Under the pieces are notes generated by a model. The model was not told the origin of the DNA, ran no database searches, and worked only from the letters and a program-made list of their open reading frames with translations. A stretch of 64,000 nt of DNA from Escherichia coli (GTDB taxonomy: Bacteria; Pseudomonadota; Gammaproteobacteria; Enterobacterales; Enterobacteriaceae): assembly GCF_036507355.1 (NCBI RefSeq), contig NZ_AP027877.1; one strand, given 5' to 3'. Below are positions 31,350-40,884 of this stretch, piece by piece. Each line of letters begins with the position of its first letter. Position 1 is the stretch's first letter. The translations under genes and the position numbers were made by a program.

Positions 31350-32524
31350 TTTGTGGGTTCCATAATATTTTTCATGGGAGGATAAATTGAGCCAGATGGA
31401 ATGGCCCAGGGAGTGATTTTACTTTCACCTACTAATATTCCCTTAGCTATTCGTGATTGCATGTTAGTAAAAACTTTATGATATGGTTCGTTTTCGATTA
31501 ATACTAAATTTTCGAAATCATTAGTACCACCATCATCTAGAGATAGTTTATGGTGAACATTATAATTTAGAGGAACATAGCCCTTTCTCATTCTTAAAAG
31601 GTCTTCGGCGTTGAATCTTCCAGATGCTTCGGAGGTTTTTGCAAGTTTGATAAGAAAATTTTTTCTTACAGTTTTGTTAAACTCCTTTCGTAAGTTAGCT
31701 AAGTCTTTTGAAGGTCTCTTAATGTATATTATTTATATTATGTCTATGCCATCAAGAAGTTTTTGTTGACCTCTAAGTTTGCCTAAGTAACTATTTATTT
31801 CTGTATATGTATCAACTCTAGAACGCTTTGTTAAAAGAATAGATGCTGTTGCTATCGCTATGCCCGCTGTTTTTTCATTTAGTATTTGATCATAGCCTTT
31901 GATTGCATCTCCACCCAGTTTTTCCGCAGTATCTCTGAATCCTTCAATGTTCCCATTGTATACGCCACCAGCAGCAAGTAGCCTGCCAACAGCTTTGCTG
32001 TTTAACGTTTTGAAACGATTATTTGTTTGGTTTTTTGAATTTGGTAAAAACAAACGGTTATAATTTTCAGGGAGTGCCAAATAGCTGAACTCGGTATTTG
32101 CGATAAGATGTTGACAGAGGATAAATTCATAACTAACAGTTATTGTTTCTGTATCCAGTTGATTTTCAATGATCTGATGATGAATAGCCGATAAAAAAGC
32201 GCCTCTTAGTTGTATATAATAATACTTTTCCCATCTGCCAAATCTATTGATTCTATAAAAGTCAAATCCCATAAATAATTGCTCATTATTGTTAATGGAA
32301 TTAATAAGTAATGGAGTGCTTTTATCAATTAATTTACAAAATGTTATACCCTGTAACTGTGAACCAAGCCCCGTATTAGTAATGCTATTTGCGAGTGAGA
32401 ATGTAAATATTTCATTCTCATGCCCGCTCTGCCAGCGATTACCTATAGATTCAGTAGTCCCACAACCTGCGGAGATGCTTCCTTGTTGTTCTCCCGTTAC
32501 TGTCAGGTAAACAATATTACTCAT
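31346..32524 (-). pseudogene. yhhZ: Hcp-domain protein with C-terminal HNH nuclease (YhhZ-like Hcp-ET toxin), interrupted by an in-frame TAA
   Basis: ORFs 31733..32524 (263 aa, Hcp-like N-terminus) and 31346..31591 (HNH motif NYNVHHKLSLDDGGTNDFENLVLIENEPYH) are in the same frame, separated by one TAA at 31733..31735; the full span is 393 codons. Confidence 0.7.
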
Positions 32525-32760
32525 CCCTGAAAAGTCCTTTTATGGCATGCTATTTTATCAATGGCACTATTATGCTTGTTAATTGTTATTTATTTACTCC
32601 AGGAAATTGTAGGCGTATATATTAAAAAATAAAATATTACACTTTAGGAAGTAATTATGAGGTAAATCTCAATATATTTATTGGGAAAATAAATATATTA
32701 AAGGAAGGTATGCCGATTTTGAATGACACCCTTTTTCCATCTCAGAAAAAGGGCACTATC

Positions 32761-33249
32761 TTACTTCACCCGCGCCATATAATACGCATCGACATATTCA
32801 CCATTACGCAATGCGTACTTCTTACCAGTCCCTTCAATTTCAAAGCCGTATTTTTTATAGACCTTAATTGCCGGGGCGTTATCGACAAACACGGTTAGTT
32901 CAATGCGATCTACCCGCAACCAGTTGTCGCACATTTCAATCATCTCTCGCATAAGGGCGCTGGCGACGCCGCGATTCTTCCAACGGGAGTCGACACAGAT
33001 ACCAAAATCGGCAACATGACTGCGGCGTGGGCGCTGTTGCACGTCAATGGTGAGATGACCCACGACGTCTCCATCAATACAGGCGACGAGTTGCTTGATG
33101 CCGGGACGATCGGCGAGTCGCTCCTGCCACATATGATCGGAAGGATGAGGCACCTGTAGTGTGTTGTAATACACCTCCGGCTGGGCGTGAATCTGCCTGA
33201 TGGCCTCGTAATCGCGCGTTTCAGCATGGCGTATCACTATCTCACTCAT
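32761..33249 (-). CDS. yhhY: GNAT N-acetyltransferase YhhY (162 aa)
   Basis: ORF 32761..33327 trimmed to MSEIVIRHAETRDYEAIRQIHA. Confidence 0.9.
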   Translation of the reverse strand: MSEIVIRHAETRDYEAIRQIHAQPEVYYNTLQVPHPSDHMWQERLADRPGIKQLVACIDGDVVGHLTIDVQQRPRRSHVADFGICVDSRWKNRGVASALMREMIEMCDNWLRVDRIELTVFVDNAPAIKVYKKYGFEIEGTGKKYALRNGEYVDAYYMARVK

Positions 33250-33346
33250 TCCTTTGTCCTCTTTGGGGGAAATGTCCCTTTCAACATCATTGACTTTCGA
33301 ATGCGAGTCAAATGCATTTTTTTGCAAAAAGTGTTGGACAAGTGCG

Positions 33347-33365
33347 AATGAGAATGATTATTATT
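33347..33365 (+). promoter_or_regulatory. Fur box overlapping the ryhB promoter
   Basis: aatgagaatgattattatt resembles the Fur consensus GATAATGATAATCATTATC, immediately upstream of the RyhB start. Confidence 0.6.
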
Positions 33366-33370
33366 GTCTC

Positions 33371-33466
33371 GCGATCAGGAAGACCCTCGCGGAGAACCTG
33401 AAAGCACGACATTGCTCACATTGCTTCCAGTATTACTTAGCCAGCCGGGTGCTGGCTTTTTTTTTT
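33371..33466 (+). ncRNA. ryhB: RyhB iron-responsive small RNA
   Basis: gcgatcaggaagaccctcgcggagaacctgaaagcacgacattgctcacattgcttccag...gccagccgggtgctggc plus T-tract terminator, matching my memory of RyhB; in the yhhY-yhhX spacer. Confidence 0.9.
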
Positions 33467-33582
33467 GATCTTTCGTTCTCAATTTATCCACGGGAGTGCT
33501 TGTGTTCGTTATGCGCACTCCAGTAGGAACCACGCCCGCTTTGCGCTAAGGTGTAAATAACCACCTTAAAAAGGACGAAATT

Positions 33583-34620
33583 ATGGTCATCAACTGCGCC
33601 TTTATTGGCTTCGGCAAAAGCACCACCCGTTACCATCTGCCGTATGTACTTAACCGCAAGGATAGCTGGCATGTCGCGCATATTTTTCGTCGCCATGCGA
33701 AGCCGGAAGAACAGGCTCCCATTTATTCCCATATCCATTTCACCAGCGATCTCGACGAAGTGCTAAACGATCCCGATGTTAAGCTGGTTGTTGTCTGCAC
33801 CCATGCGGATAGCCACTTCGAGTACGCGAAGCGCGCGCTGGAAGCCGGGAAAAATGTGCTGGTCGAAAAACCGTTCACTCCGACGCTTGCGCAGGCGAAA
33901 GAGCTGTTTGCTCTGGCGAAAAGTAAAGGGCTGACCGTCACGCCATATCAGAATCGTCGCTTTGATTCCTGCTTCCTGACGGCGAAAAAAGCGATTGAAA
34001 GCGGCAAGCTGGGAGAGATTGTCGAAGTGGAAAGCCATTTTGACTATTACCGCCCGGTGGCAGAAACCAAACCTGGGCTGCCGCAGGATGGCGCGTTCTA
34101 TGGCCTTGGTGTGCATACGATGGACCAGATTATTTCTCTATTCGGTCGCCCGGATCACGTCGCTTATGACATCCGCAGCCTGCGCAATAAAGCCAATCCT
34201 GACGATACTTTCGAAGCGCAACTGTTTTATGGCGATCTAAAAGCCATCGTCAAAACCAGCCATCTGGTGAAAATCGATTATCCGAAATTTATCGTTCACG
34301 GTAAGAAAGGTTCGTTTATTAAATACGGTATCGACCAGCAGGAAACCAGCCTGAAGGCTAATATTATGCCGGGCGAACCGGGATTCGCAGCGGATGATTC
34401 GGTCGGTGTGCTGGAGTATGTCAATGACGAGGGCGTGACGGTCAGAGAAGAGATGAAGCCGGAGATGGGCGATTACGGGCGCGTTTATGATGCGTTGTAT
34501 CAAACCATCACCCACGGTGCGCCAAATTACGTCAAGGAATCTGAAGTTCTTACGAATCTGGAAATCCTTGAACGCGGATTCGAGCAAGCCTCTCCCTCCA
34601 CAGTGATTCTCGCGAAGTAA
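33583..34620 (+). CDS. yhhX: Gfo/Idh/MocA-family oxidoreductase YhhX (345 aa)
   Basis: 345 aa; N-terminal Rossmann motif. Confidence 0.92.
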   Translation: MVINCAFIGFGKSTTRYHLPYVLNRKDSWHVAHIFRRHAKPEEQAPIYSHIHFTSDLDEVLNDPDVKLVVVCTHADSHFEYAKRALEAGKNVLVEKPFTPTLAQAKELFALAKSKGLTVTPYQNRRFDSCFLTAKKAIESGKLGEIVEVESHFDYYRPVAETKPGLPQDGAFYGLGVHTMDQIISLFGRPDHVAYDIRSLRNKANPDDTFEAQLFYGDLKAIVKTSHLVKIDYPKFIVHGKKGSFIKYGIDQQETSLKANIMPGEPGFAADDSVGVLEYVNDEGVTVREEMKPEMGDYGRVYDALYQTITHGAPNYVKESEVLTNLEILERGFEQASPSTVILAK

Positions 34621-34742
34621 GTTTGATGGCCCCTCGAATAGTTCAATTTTTTTGAACAGAGGGGTCAATTTTCACCCTCTATCATCCCAGGCAGATCGGG
34701 TCCACACTAAGCCCATCGAAATCATTCAGGGGGCGAATACAA

Positions 34743-35438
34743 ATGATCTACTTACGCAAAGCAAATGAACGTGGTCATGCAAATCATGGCTGGCTGGACT
34801 CCTGGCATACTTTCTCTTTTGCCAACTATTACGATCCGAACTTTATGGGCTTCTCCGCGCTGCGCGTGATTAACGACGACGTGATTGAAGCAGGGCAGGG
34901 CTTCGGCACTCACCCGCATAAAGATATGGAAATTTTGACCTACGTGCTGGAAGGTACTGTTGAGCACCAGGACAGCATGGGCAATAAAGAGCAGGTTCCG
35001 GCGGGTGAGTTCCAGATTATGAGTGCTGGTACGGGTATTCGTCACTCAGAGTACAACCCAAGCAGCACCGAGCGTCTGCATCTGTATCAGATCTGGATCA
35101 TGCCTGAAGAAAACGGTATTACGCCGCGTTATGAACAGCGTCGCTTCGATGCCGTACAGGGCAAACAGCTGGTGCTCTCGCCGGATGCGCGAGATGGTTC
35201 ATTGAAAGTGCACCAGGATATGGAACTGTACCGCTGGGCGTTGCTGAAAGATGAGCAGTCGGTGCATCAGATTGCCGCTGAACGCCGCGTCTGGATCCAG
35301 GTGGTGAAAGGCAATGTCACCATTAACGGCGTGAAAGCCTCGACCAGCGATGGTCTGGCAATCTGGGATGAGCAGGCAATCTCCATCCATGCGGATAGCG
35401 ACAGCGAAGTGTTACTGTTCGATCTGCCGCCGGTTTAA
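34743..35438 (+). CDS. yhhW: Pirin-like quercetin 2,3-dioxygenase YhhW (231 aa)
   Basis: 231 aa; cupin His motifs (HPHKDMEIL). Confidence 0.92.
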   Translation: MIYLRKANERGHANHGWLDSWHTFSFANYYDPNFMGFSALRVINDDVIEAGQGFGTHPHKDMEILTYVLEGTVEHQDSMGNKEQVPAGEFQIMSAGTGIRHSEYNPSSTERLHLYQIWIMPEENGITPRYEQRRFDAVQGKQLVLSPDARDGSLKVHQDMELYRWALLKDEQSVHQIAAERRVWIQVVKGNVTINGVKASTSDGLAIWDEQAISIHADSDSEVLLFDLPPV

Positions 35439-35661
35439 AGCTCAACGGCATCTTTGAAGCCTGCCTTTTTGCAGGCTTCCTCGCTCGCTCCGGTCGCGTG
35501 CTGATGTACGCTTCCGGGGGGTTGCCGCGTCGTTAGCACAATGCGATACAATTGATTTAGTGTATATCTAATAATTGTAAACAAGCACTGTTTTCCCCGG
35601 GAAGGTTCTGATGCGTCCGTGTTAAACTAAGAGAATCTATCTCTTTTGTACCTTCAGGACG

Positions 35662-36657
35662 ATGAAAAAGAAAAGACCCGTACTTCAGGATGTGGCTGAC
35701 CGTGTAGGCGTGACCAAAATGACGGTCAGCCGTTTTTTACGCAACCCGGAGCAGGTTTCCGTCGCTCTACGCGGCAAGATTGCCGCGGCTCTTGATGAAC
35801 TGGGCTATATTCCCAATCGTGCGCCCGATATCCTCTCTAACGCCACCAGCCGGGCGATTGGCGTCCTGTTACCTTCTCTCACCAACCAGGTTTTCGCGGA
35901 AGTATTACGCGGAATCGAAAGCGTCACCGACGCGCACGGTTATCAGACCATGCTGGCGCACTACGGTTATAAACCGGAAATGGAGCAAGAACGCCTCGAA
36001 TCCATGCTCTCCTGGAATATCGACGGACTTATCCTCACCGAACGTACGCACACGCCGCGCACCTTAAAGATGATTGAAGTGGCGGGGATCCCGGTGGTGG
36101 AGTTGATGGACAGCCAGTCGCCGTGTCTCGATATCGCCGTCGGTTTTGATAACTTTGAAGCGGCACGCCAGATGACCACAGCCATTATTGCTCGCGGGCA
36201 TCGCCACATTGCCTATCTCGGCGCACGTCTCGACGAACGTACTATCATCAAACAGAAGGGATACGAACAGGCGATGCTGGATGCAGGCCTGGTGCCATAT
36301 AGCGTGATGGTTGAGCAATCTTCTTCTTACTCTTCCGGTATTGAACTGATTCGCCAGGCACGGCGGGAATATCCGCAGCTGGATGGCGTGTTCTGTACTA
36401 ATGATGATCTGGCGGTCGGCGCGGCGTTTGAATGTCAGCGTCTGGGGTTGAAAGTTCCTGACGATATGGCGATTGCCGGTTTCCACGGTCATGACATTGG
36501 CCAGGTGATGGAGCCACGGTTGGCGAGCGTGCTGACGCCGCGTGAGCGGATGGGCAGTATTGGCGCTGAACGCCTGCTGGCGCGTATTCGTGGCGAATCT
36601 GTGACACCGAAAATGTTAGATTTAGGTTTCACCTTGTCACCGGGCGGATCTATTTAA
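35662..36657 (+). CDS. gntR: Gluconate repressor GntR, LacI family (331 aa)
   Basis: N-terminal HTH (VTKMTVSRFL), LacI-type periplasmic-binding fold. Confidence 0.95.
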   Translation: MKKKRPVLQDVADRVGVTKMTVSRFLRNPEQVSVALRGKIAAALDELGYIPNRAPDILSNATSRAIGVLLPSLTNQVFAEVLRGIESVTDAHGYQTMLAHYGYKPEMEQERLESMLSWNIDGLILTERTHTPRTLKMIEVAGIPVVELMDSQSPCLDIAVGFDNFEAARQMTTAIIARGHRHIAYLGARLDERTIIKQKGYEQAMLDAGLVPYSVMVEQSSSYSSGIELIRQARREYPQLDGVFCTNDDLAVGAAFECQRLGLKVPDDMAIAGFHGHDIGQVMEPRLASVLTPRERMGSIGAERLLARIRGESVTPKMLDLGFTLSPGGSI

Positions 36658-36736
36658 GCCCACAAATTTGAAGTAGCTCACACTTATACACTTAAGGCAC
36701 GGATGGATATTGCTTCTGATATTGTCCGGTCGGACA

Positions 36737-36765
36737 ATGTTACCGATAACAGTTACCCGTAACAT
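36737..36765 (+). promoter_or_regulatory. Putative GntR operator upstream of gntK
   Basis: Inverted repeat atgttaccgataacagttacccgtaacat. Confidence 0.6.
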
Positions 36766-36795
36766 TTTTAATTCTTGTATTGTGGGGGCACCACT

Positions 36796-37323
36796 TTGAG
36801 CACGACTAACCATGATCACCACATTTACGTCTTGATGGGCGTATCGGGCAGCGGCAAATCTGCGGTCGCCAGTGAAGTGGCGCATCAACTTCATGCCGCG
36901 TTTCTTGATGGCGATTTCCTCCATCCACGGCGCAATATCGAAAAAATGGCGTCTGGCGAACCACTGAATGACGACGATCGCAAACCGTGGTTGCAGGCGC
37001 TGAACGACGCCGCGTTTGCTATGCAGCGCACTAATAAAGTGTCGCTGATCGTCTGTTCTGCATTGAAAAAACACTATCGCGACTTGCTGCGTGAAGGTAA
37101 TCCGAATCTCTCTTTCATCTACCTGAAAGGCGATTTTGATGTGATTGAAAGCCGCCTGAAAGCGCGCAAAGGCCATTTCTTTAAAACCCAAATGTTGGTA
37201 ACGCAGTTTGAAACGCTGCAGGAGCCGGGTGCGGACGAAACCGATGTACTGGTGGTAGATATCGATCAACCGCTGGAAGGTGTTGTGGCAAGCACCATTG
37301 AGGTTATTAAAAAAGGCAAATAA
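36796..37323 (+). CDS. gntK: Gluconokinase GntK (175 aa, probable TTG start)
   Basis: ORF 36775..37323; start set at TTG giving MSTTNHDHHIYVLMGVSGSGKSAV (P-loop). Confidence 0.88.
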   Translation: MSTTNHDHHIYVLMGVSGSGKSAVASEVAHQLHAAFLDGDFLHPRRNIEKMASGEPLNDDDRKPWLQALNDAAFAMQRTNKVSLIVCSALKKHYRDLLREGNPNLSFIYLKGDFDVIESRLKARKGHFFKTQMLVTQFETLQEPGADETDVLVVDIDQPLEGVVASTIEVIKKGK

Positions 37324-37326
37324 GTA

Positions 37327-38667
37327 GTGACTACATTAACGCTTGTTTTAACAGCAGTAGGGTCTGTTTTACTGCTGCTGTTTTTAGTCATGAAGGCGCG
37401 TATGCACGCTTTCCTGGCTTTGATGGTGGTGTCCATGGGGGCTGGCCTTTTTTCTGGTATGCCGCTCGATAAAATCGCAGCGACGATGGAAAAAGGGATG
37501 GGAGGCACCCTCGGCTTCCTGGCGGTGGTTGTCGCCCTGGGAGCCATGTTTGGCAAGATCTTACATGAAACCGGCGCAGTCGATCAGATTGCCGTCAAAA
37601 TGCTCAAATCCTTCGGTCACAGCCGCGCGCATTATGCCATCGGCCTTGCGGGGCTGGTCTGTGCGCTACCGCTGTTCTTTGAAGTGGCGATTGTTCTGCT
37701 GATTAGCGTTGCTTTCTCAATGGCGCGCCACACCGGTACGAACCTGGTGAAGCTGGTAATCCCATTATTCGCAGGCGTGGCGGCAGCGGCGGCGTTCCTG
37801 GTGCCAGGGCCAGCGCCAATGCTGCTGGCATCGCAGATGAACGCCGATTTTGGCTGGATGATCCTGATTGGCCTGTGTGCGGCAATTCCGGGAATGATTA
37901 TTGCCGGGCCGCTGTGGGGTAACTTCATCAGCCGTTACGTTGAGCTGCATATTCCTGACGACATCAGCGAGCCGCATCTCGGCGAAGGCAAAATGCCGTC
38001 CTTCGGATTCAGCCTGTCGCTGATCCTGCTGCCGCTGGTGCTGGTGGGGCTGAAAACCATTGCCGCGCGTTTTGTGCCGGAAGGCTCTACCGCTTACGAA
38101 TGGTTCGAGTTTATTGGTCATCCGTTTACCGCGATTCTGGTTGCTTGTCTGGTAGCGATTTATGGCCTGGCAATGCGTCAGGGCATGCCAAAAGACAAAG
38201 TGATGGAGATTTGCGGTCACGCGCTGCAACCGGCGGGGATCATTCTGCTGGTGATTGGTGCGGGCGGCGTGTTCAAACAGGTGCTGGTTGACTCTGGCGT
38301 AGGTCCGGCACTGGGCGAAGCGTTAACCGGCATGGGCCTGCCGATTGCTATCACCTGCTTCGTGCTGGCCGCTGCAGTGCGCATCATTCAGGGGTCTGCC
38401 ACCGTTGCCTGTTTAACGGCGGTGGGGCTGGTGATGCCGGTCATTGAACAACTGAACTATTCCGGTGCGCAAATGGCGGCGCTGTCGATTTGTATCGCCG
38501 GTGGTTCAATTGTTGTCAGCCACGTTAACGATGCCGGTTTCTGGTTGTTCGGTAAATTTACCGGCGCGACCGAAGCCGAAACGCTGAAAACCTGGACCAT
38601 GATGGAAACCATCCTCGGCACTGTCGGTGCCATCGTTGGGATGATTGCGTTCCAGCTGTTGAGTTAA
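37327..38667 (+). CDS. gntU: Low-affinity gluconate transporter GntU (446 aa)
   Basis: 446-aa GntP-family permease. Confidence 0.95.
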   Translation: MTTLTLVLTAVGSVLLLLFLVMKARMHAFLALMVVSMGAGLFSGMPLDKIAATMEKGMGGTLGFLAVVVALGAMFGKILHETGAVDQIAVKMLKSFGHSRAHYAIGLAGLVCALPLFFEVAIVLLISVAFSMARHTGTNLVKLVIPLFAGVAAAAAFLVPGPAPMLLASQMNADFGWMILIGLCAAIPGMIIAGPLWGNFISRYVELHIPDDISEPHLGEGKMPSFGFSLSLILLPLVLVGLKTIAARFVPEGSTAYEWFEFIGHPFTAILVACLVAIYGLAMRQGMPKDKVMEICGHALQPAGIILLVIGAGGVFKQVLVDSGVGPALGEALTGMGLPIAITCFVLAAAVRIIQGSATVACLTAVGLVMPVIEQLNYSGAQMAALSICIAGGSIVVSHVNDAGFWLFGKFTGATEAETLKTWTMMETILGTVGAIVGMIAFQLLS

Positions 38668-38723
38668 GTTTGTTCGCCCGGTAGTTGTGACGCTACCGGG
38701 CTCTTTTCGAAAAACTCTCCTCG

Positions 38724-39317
38724 TTACCCCTTCATCCACATTCGAATGCCGTCGAGGAACATCTGGGTTGCCATCATCACCAGAATCAATCCCATCAGGC
38801 GTTCAAGTGCGTTCACCCCTTTCTCGCCCAGCAGACGTAAAAATAGCGAAGACTGTAGCAGGATGACAAAGGTGCCGCCCCAGGCCAGCAGCAGAGCAAT
38901 CACCAGATGTCCCATCTGATTCGGGTACTGATGAGACAACAACATCAGCGTGGCGAGAATAGTTGGCCCGGCGACCAGCGGAATTGCCAGCGGCACGATA
39001 AATGGCTCTTCACCTGCCGGAAGCCCGCTGCTATTTCCTGAAGCGCTGGGGAAAATCATCTTAATGGCAATTAGAAACAGAATGATGCCGCCAGAAATGG
39101 AGACGGTTTCTGCTCGTAGGCTGAGAAATGCCAGAATTTTCTCACCCGCAAACAGGAACACCAGCATCACCAGGAGAGCAATAAGCAACTCTCGCACCAT
39201 GATTGCCCGCCGTCTTTTCGGTTCAGTATGTTTCAGTACGGACATGAAAATAGGTAGGTTTCCGAGCGGATCCATAATCAGGATCAATAAAACTGCTGCA
39301 GAAATGATTTCATTCAT
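38724..39317 (-). CDS. yhgN: MarC-family membrane protein YhgN (197 aa)
   Basis: 197-aa multi-TM ORF. Confidence 0.9.
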   Translation of the reverse strand: MNEIISAAVLLILIMDPLGNLPIFMSVLKHTEPKRRRAIMVRELLIALLVMLVFLFAGEKILAFLSLRAETVSISGGIILFLIAIKMIFPSASGNSSGLPAGEEPFIVPLAIPLVAGPTILATLMLLSHQYPNQMGHLVIALLLAWGGTFVILLQSSLFLRLLGEKGVNALERLMGLILVMMATQMFLDGIRMWMKG

Positions 39318-39508
39318 AACTCAAATTCCCTGATAATTGCCGCGGACTTTCTGCGTGCTAACAAAGCAGGATAAGTCGCATTACTGATGGCTTCGCTATC
39401 ATTGATTAATTTCACTTGCGACTTTGGCTGCTTTTTGTATGGTGAAAGATGTGCCAAGAGGAGACCGGCACATTTATACAGCACACATCTTTGCAGGAAA
39501 AAACGCTT

Positions 39509-40612
39509 ATGAAAAATGTTGGTTTTATCGGCTGGCGCGGTATGGTCGGCTCCGTTCTCATGCAACGCATGGTTGAAGAGCGCGACTTCGACGCCATTCG
39601 CCCTGTCTTCTTTTCTACTTCTCAGCTTGGTCAGGCTGCGCCGTCTTTTGGCGGAACCACTGGCACACTTCAGGATGCCTTTGATCTGGAGGCGCTAAAG
39701 GCCCTCGATATCATTGTGACCTGTCAGGGCGGCGATTATACCAACGAAATCTATTCAAAGCTTCGTGAAAGCGGATGGCAGGGTTACTGGATTGACGCAG
39801 CATCGTCTCTGCGCATGAAAGATGACGCCATCATCATTCTTGACCCCGTCAATCAGGACGTCATTACCGACGGATTAAATAATGGCATCAGGACTTTTGT
39901 TGGCGGTAACTGTACCGTAAGCCTGATGTTGATGTCGTTGGGTGGTTTATTCGCCAATGATCTTGTTGATTGGGTGTCCGTTGCAACCTACCAGGCCGCT
40001 TCCGGCGGTGGTGCGCGACATATGCGTGAGTTATTAACCCAGATGGGCCATCTGTATGGCCATGTAGCAGATGAACTCGCGACCCCGTCCTCTGCTATTC
40101 TCGATATCGAACGCAAAGTCACAACCTTAACCCGTAGCGGTGAGCTGCCGGTGGATAACTTTGGCGTGCCGCTGGCAGGTAGCCTGATTCCGTGGATCGA
40201 CAAACAGCTCGATAACGGTCAGAGCCGCGAAGAGTGGAAAGGGCAGGCGGAAACCAACAAGATCCTCAACACATCTTCCGTAATTCCGGTAGATGGTTTA
40301 TGTGTGCGTGTCGGGGCATTGCGCTGCCACAGCCAGGCATTCACTATTAAATTGAAAAAAGATGTGTCTATTCCGACCGTGGAAGAACTGCTGGCTGCGC
40401 ACAATCCGTGGGCGAAAGTCGTTCCGAACGATCGGGAAATCACTATGCGTGAGCTAACCCCAGCTGCCGTTACCGGCACGCTGACCACGCCGGTAGGCCG
40501 CCTGCGTAAGCTGAATATGGGACCAGAGTTCCTGTCAGCCTTTACCGTGGGCGACCAGCTGCTGTGGGGGGCCGCGGAGCCGCTGCGTCGGATGCTTCGT
40601 CAACTGGCGTAA
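39509..40612 (+). CDS. asd: Aspartate-semialdehyde dehydrogenase Asd (367 aa)
   Basis: ORF 39449..40612 trimmed to [16 protein letters not shown]. Confidence 0.95.
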
Positions 40613-40884
40613 TCTTTATTCATTAAATCTGGGGCGCGATGCCGCCCCTGTTAGTGCGTAATACAGGAGTAAGCGCAGATGTTTCATGATTTACCGGGAG
40701 TTAAATAGAGCATTGGCTATTCTTTAAGGGTGGCTGAATACATGAGTATTCACAGCCTTACCTGAAGTGAGGACGACGCAGAGAGGATGCACAGAGTGCT
40801 GCGCCGTTCAGGTCAAAAAAATGTCACAACCAGAAGTCAAAAATCCAATTGGATGGGGTGACACAATAAAACAGGAAGACAAGC

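Noticed and set aside
36637-37269. 210-aa minus-strand ORF
   Set aside because: Antisense to gntK and the gntR 3-prime end.
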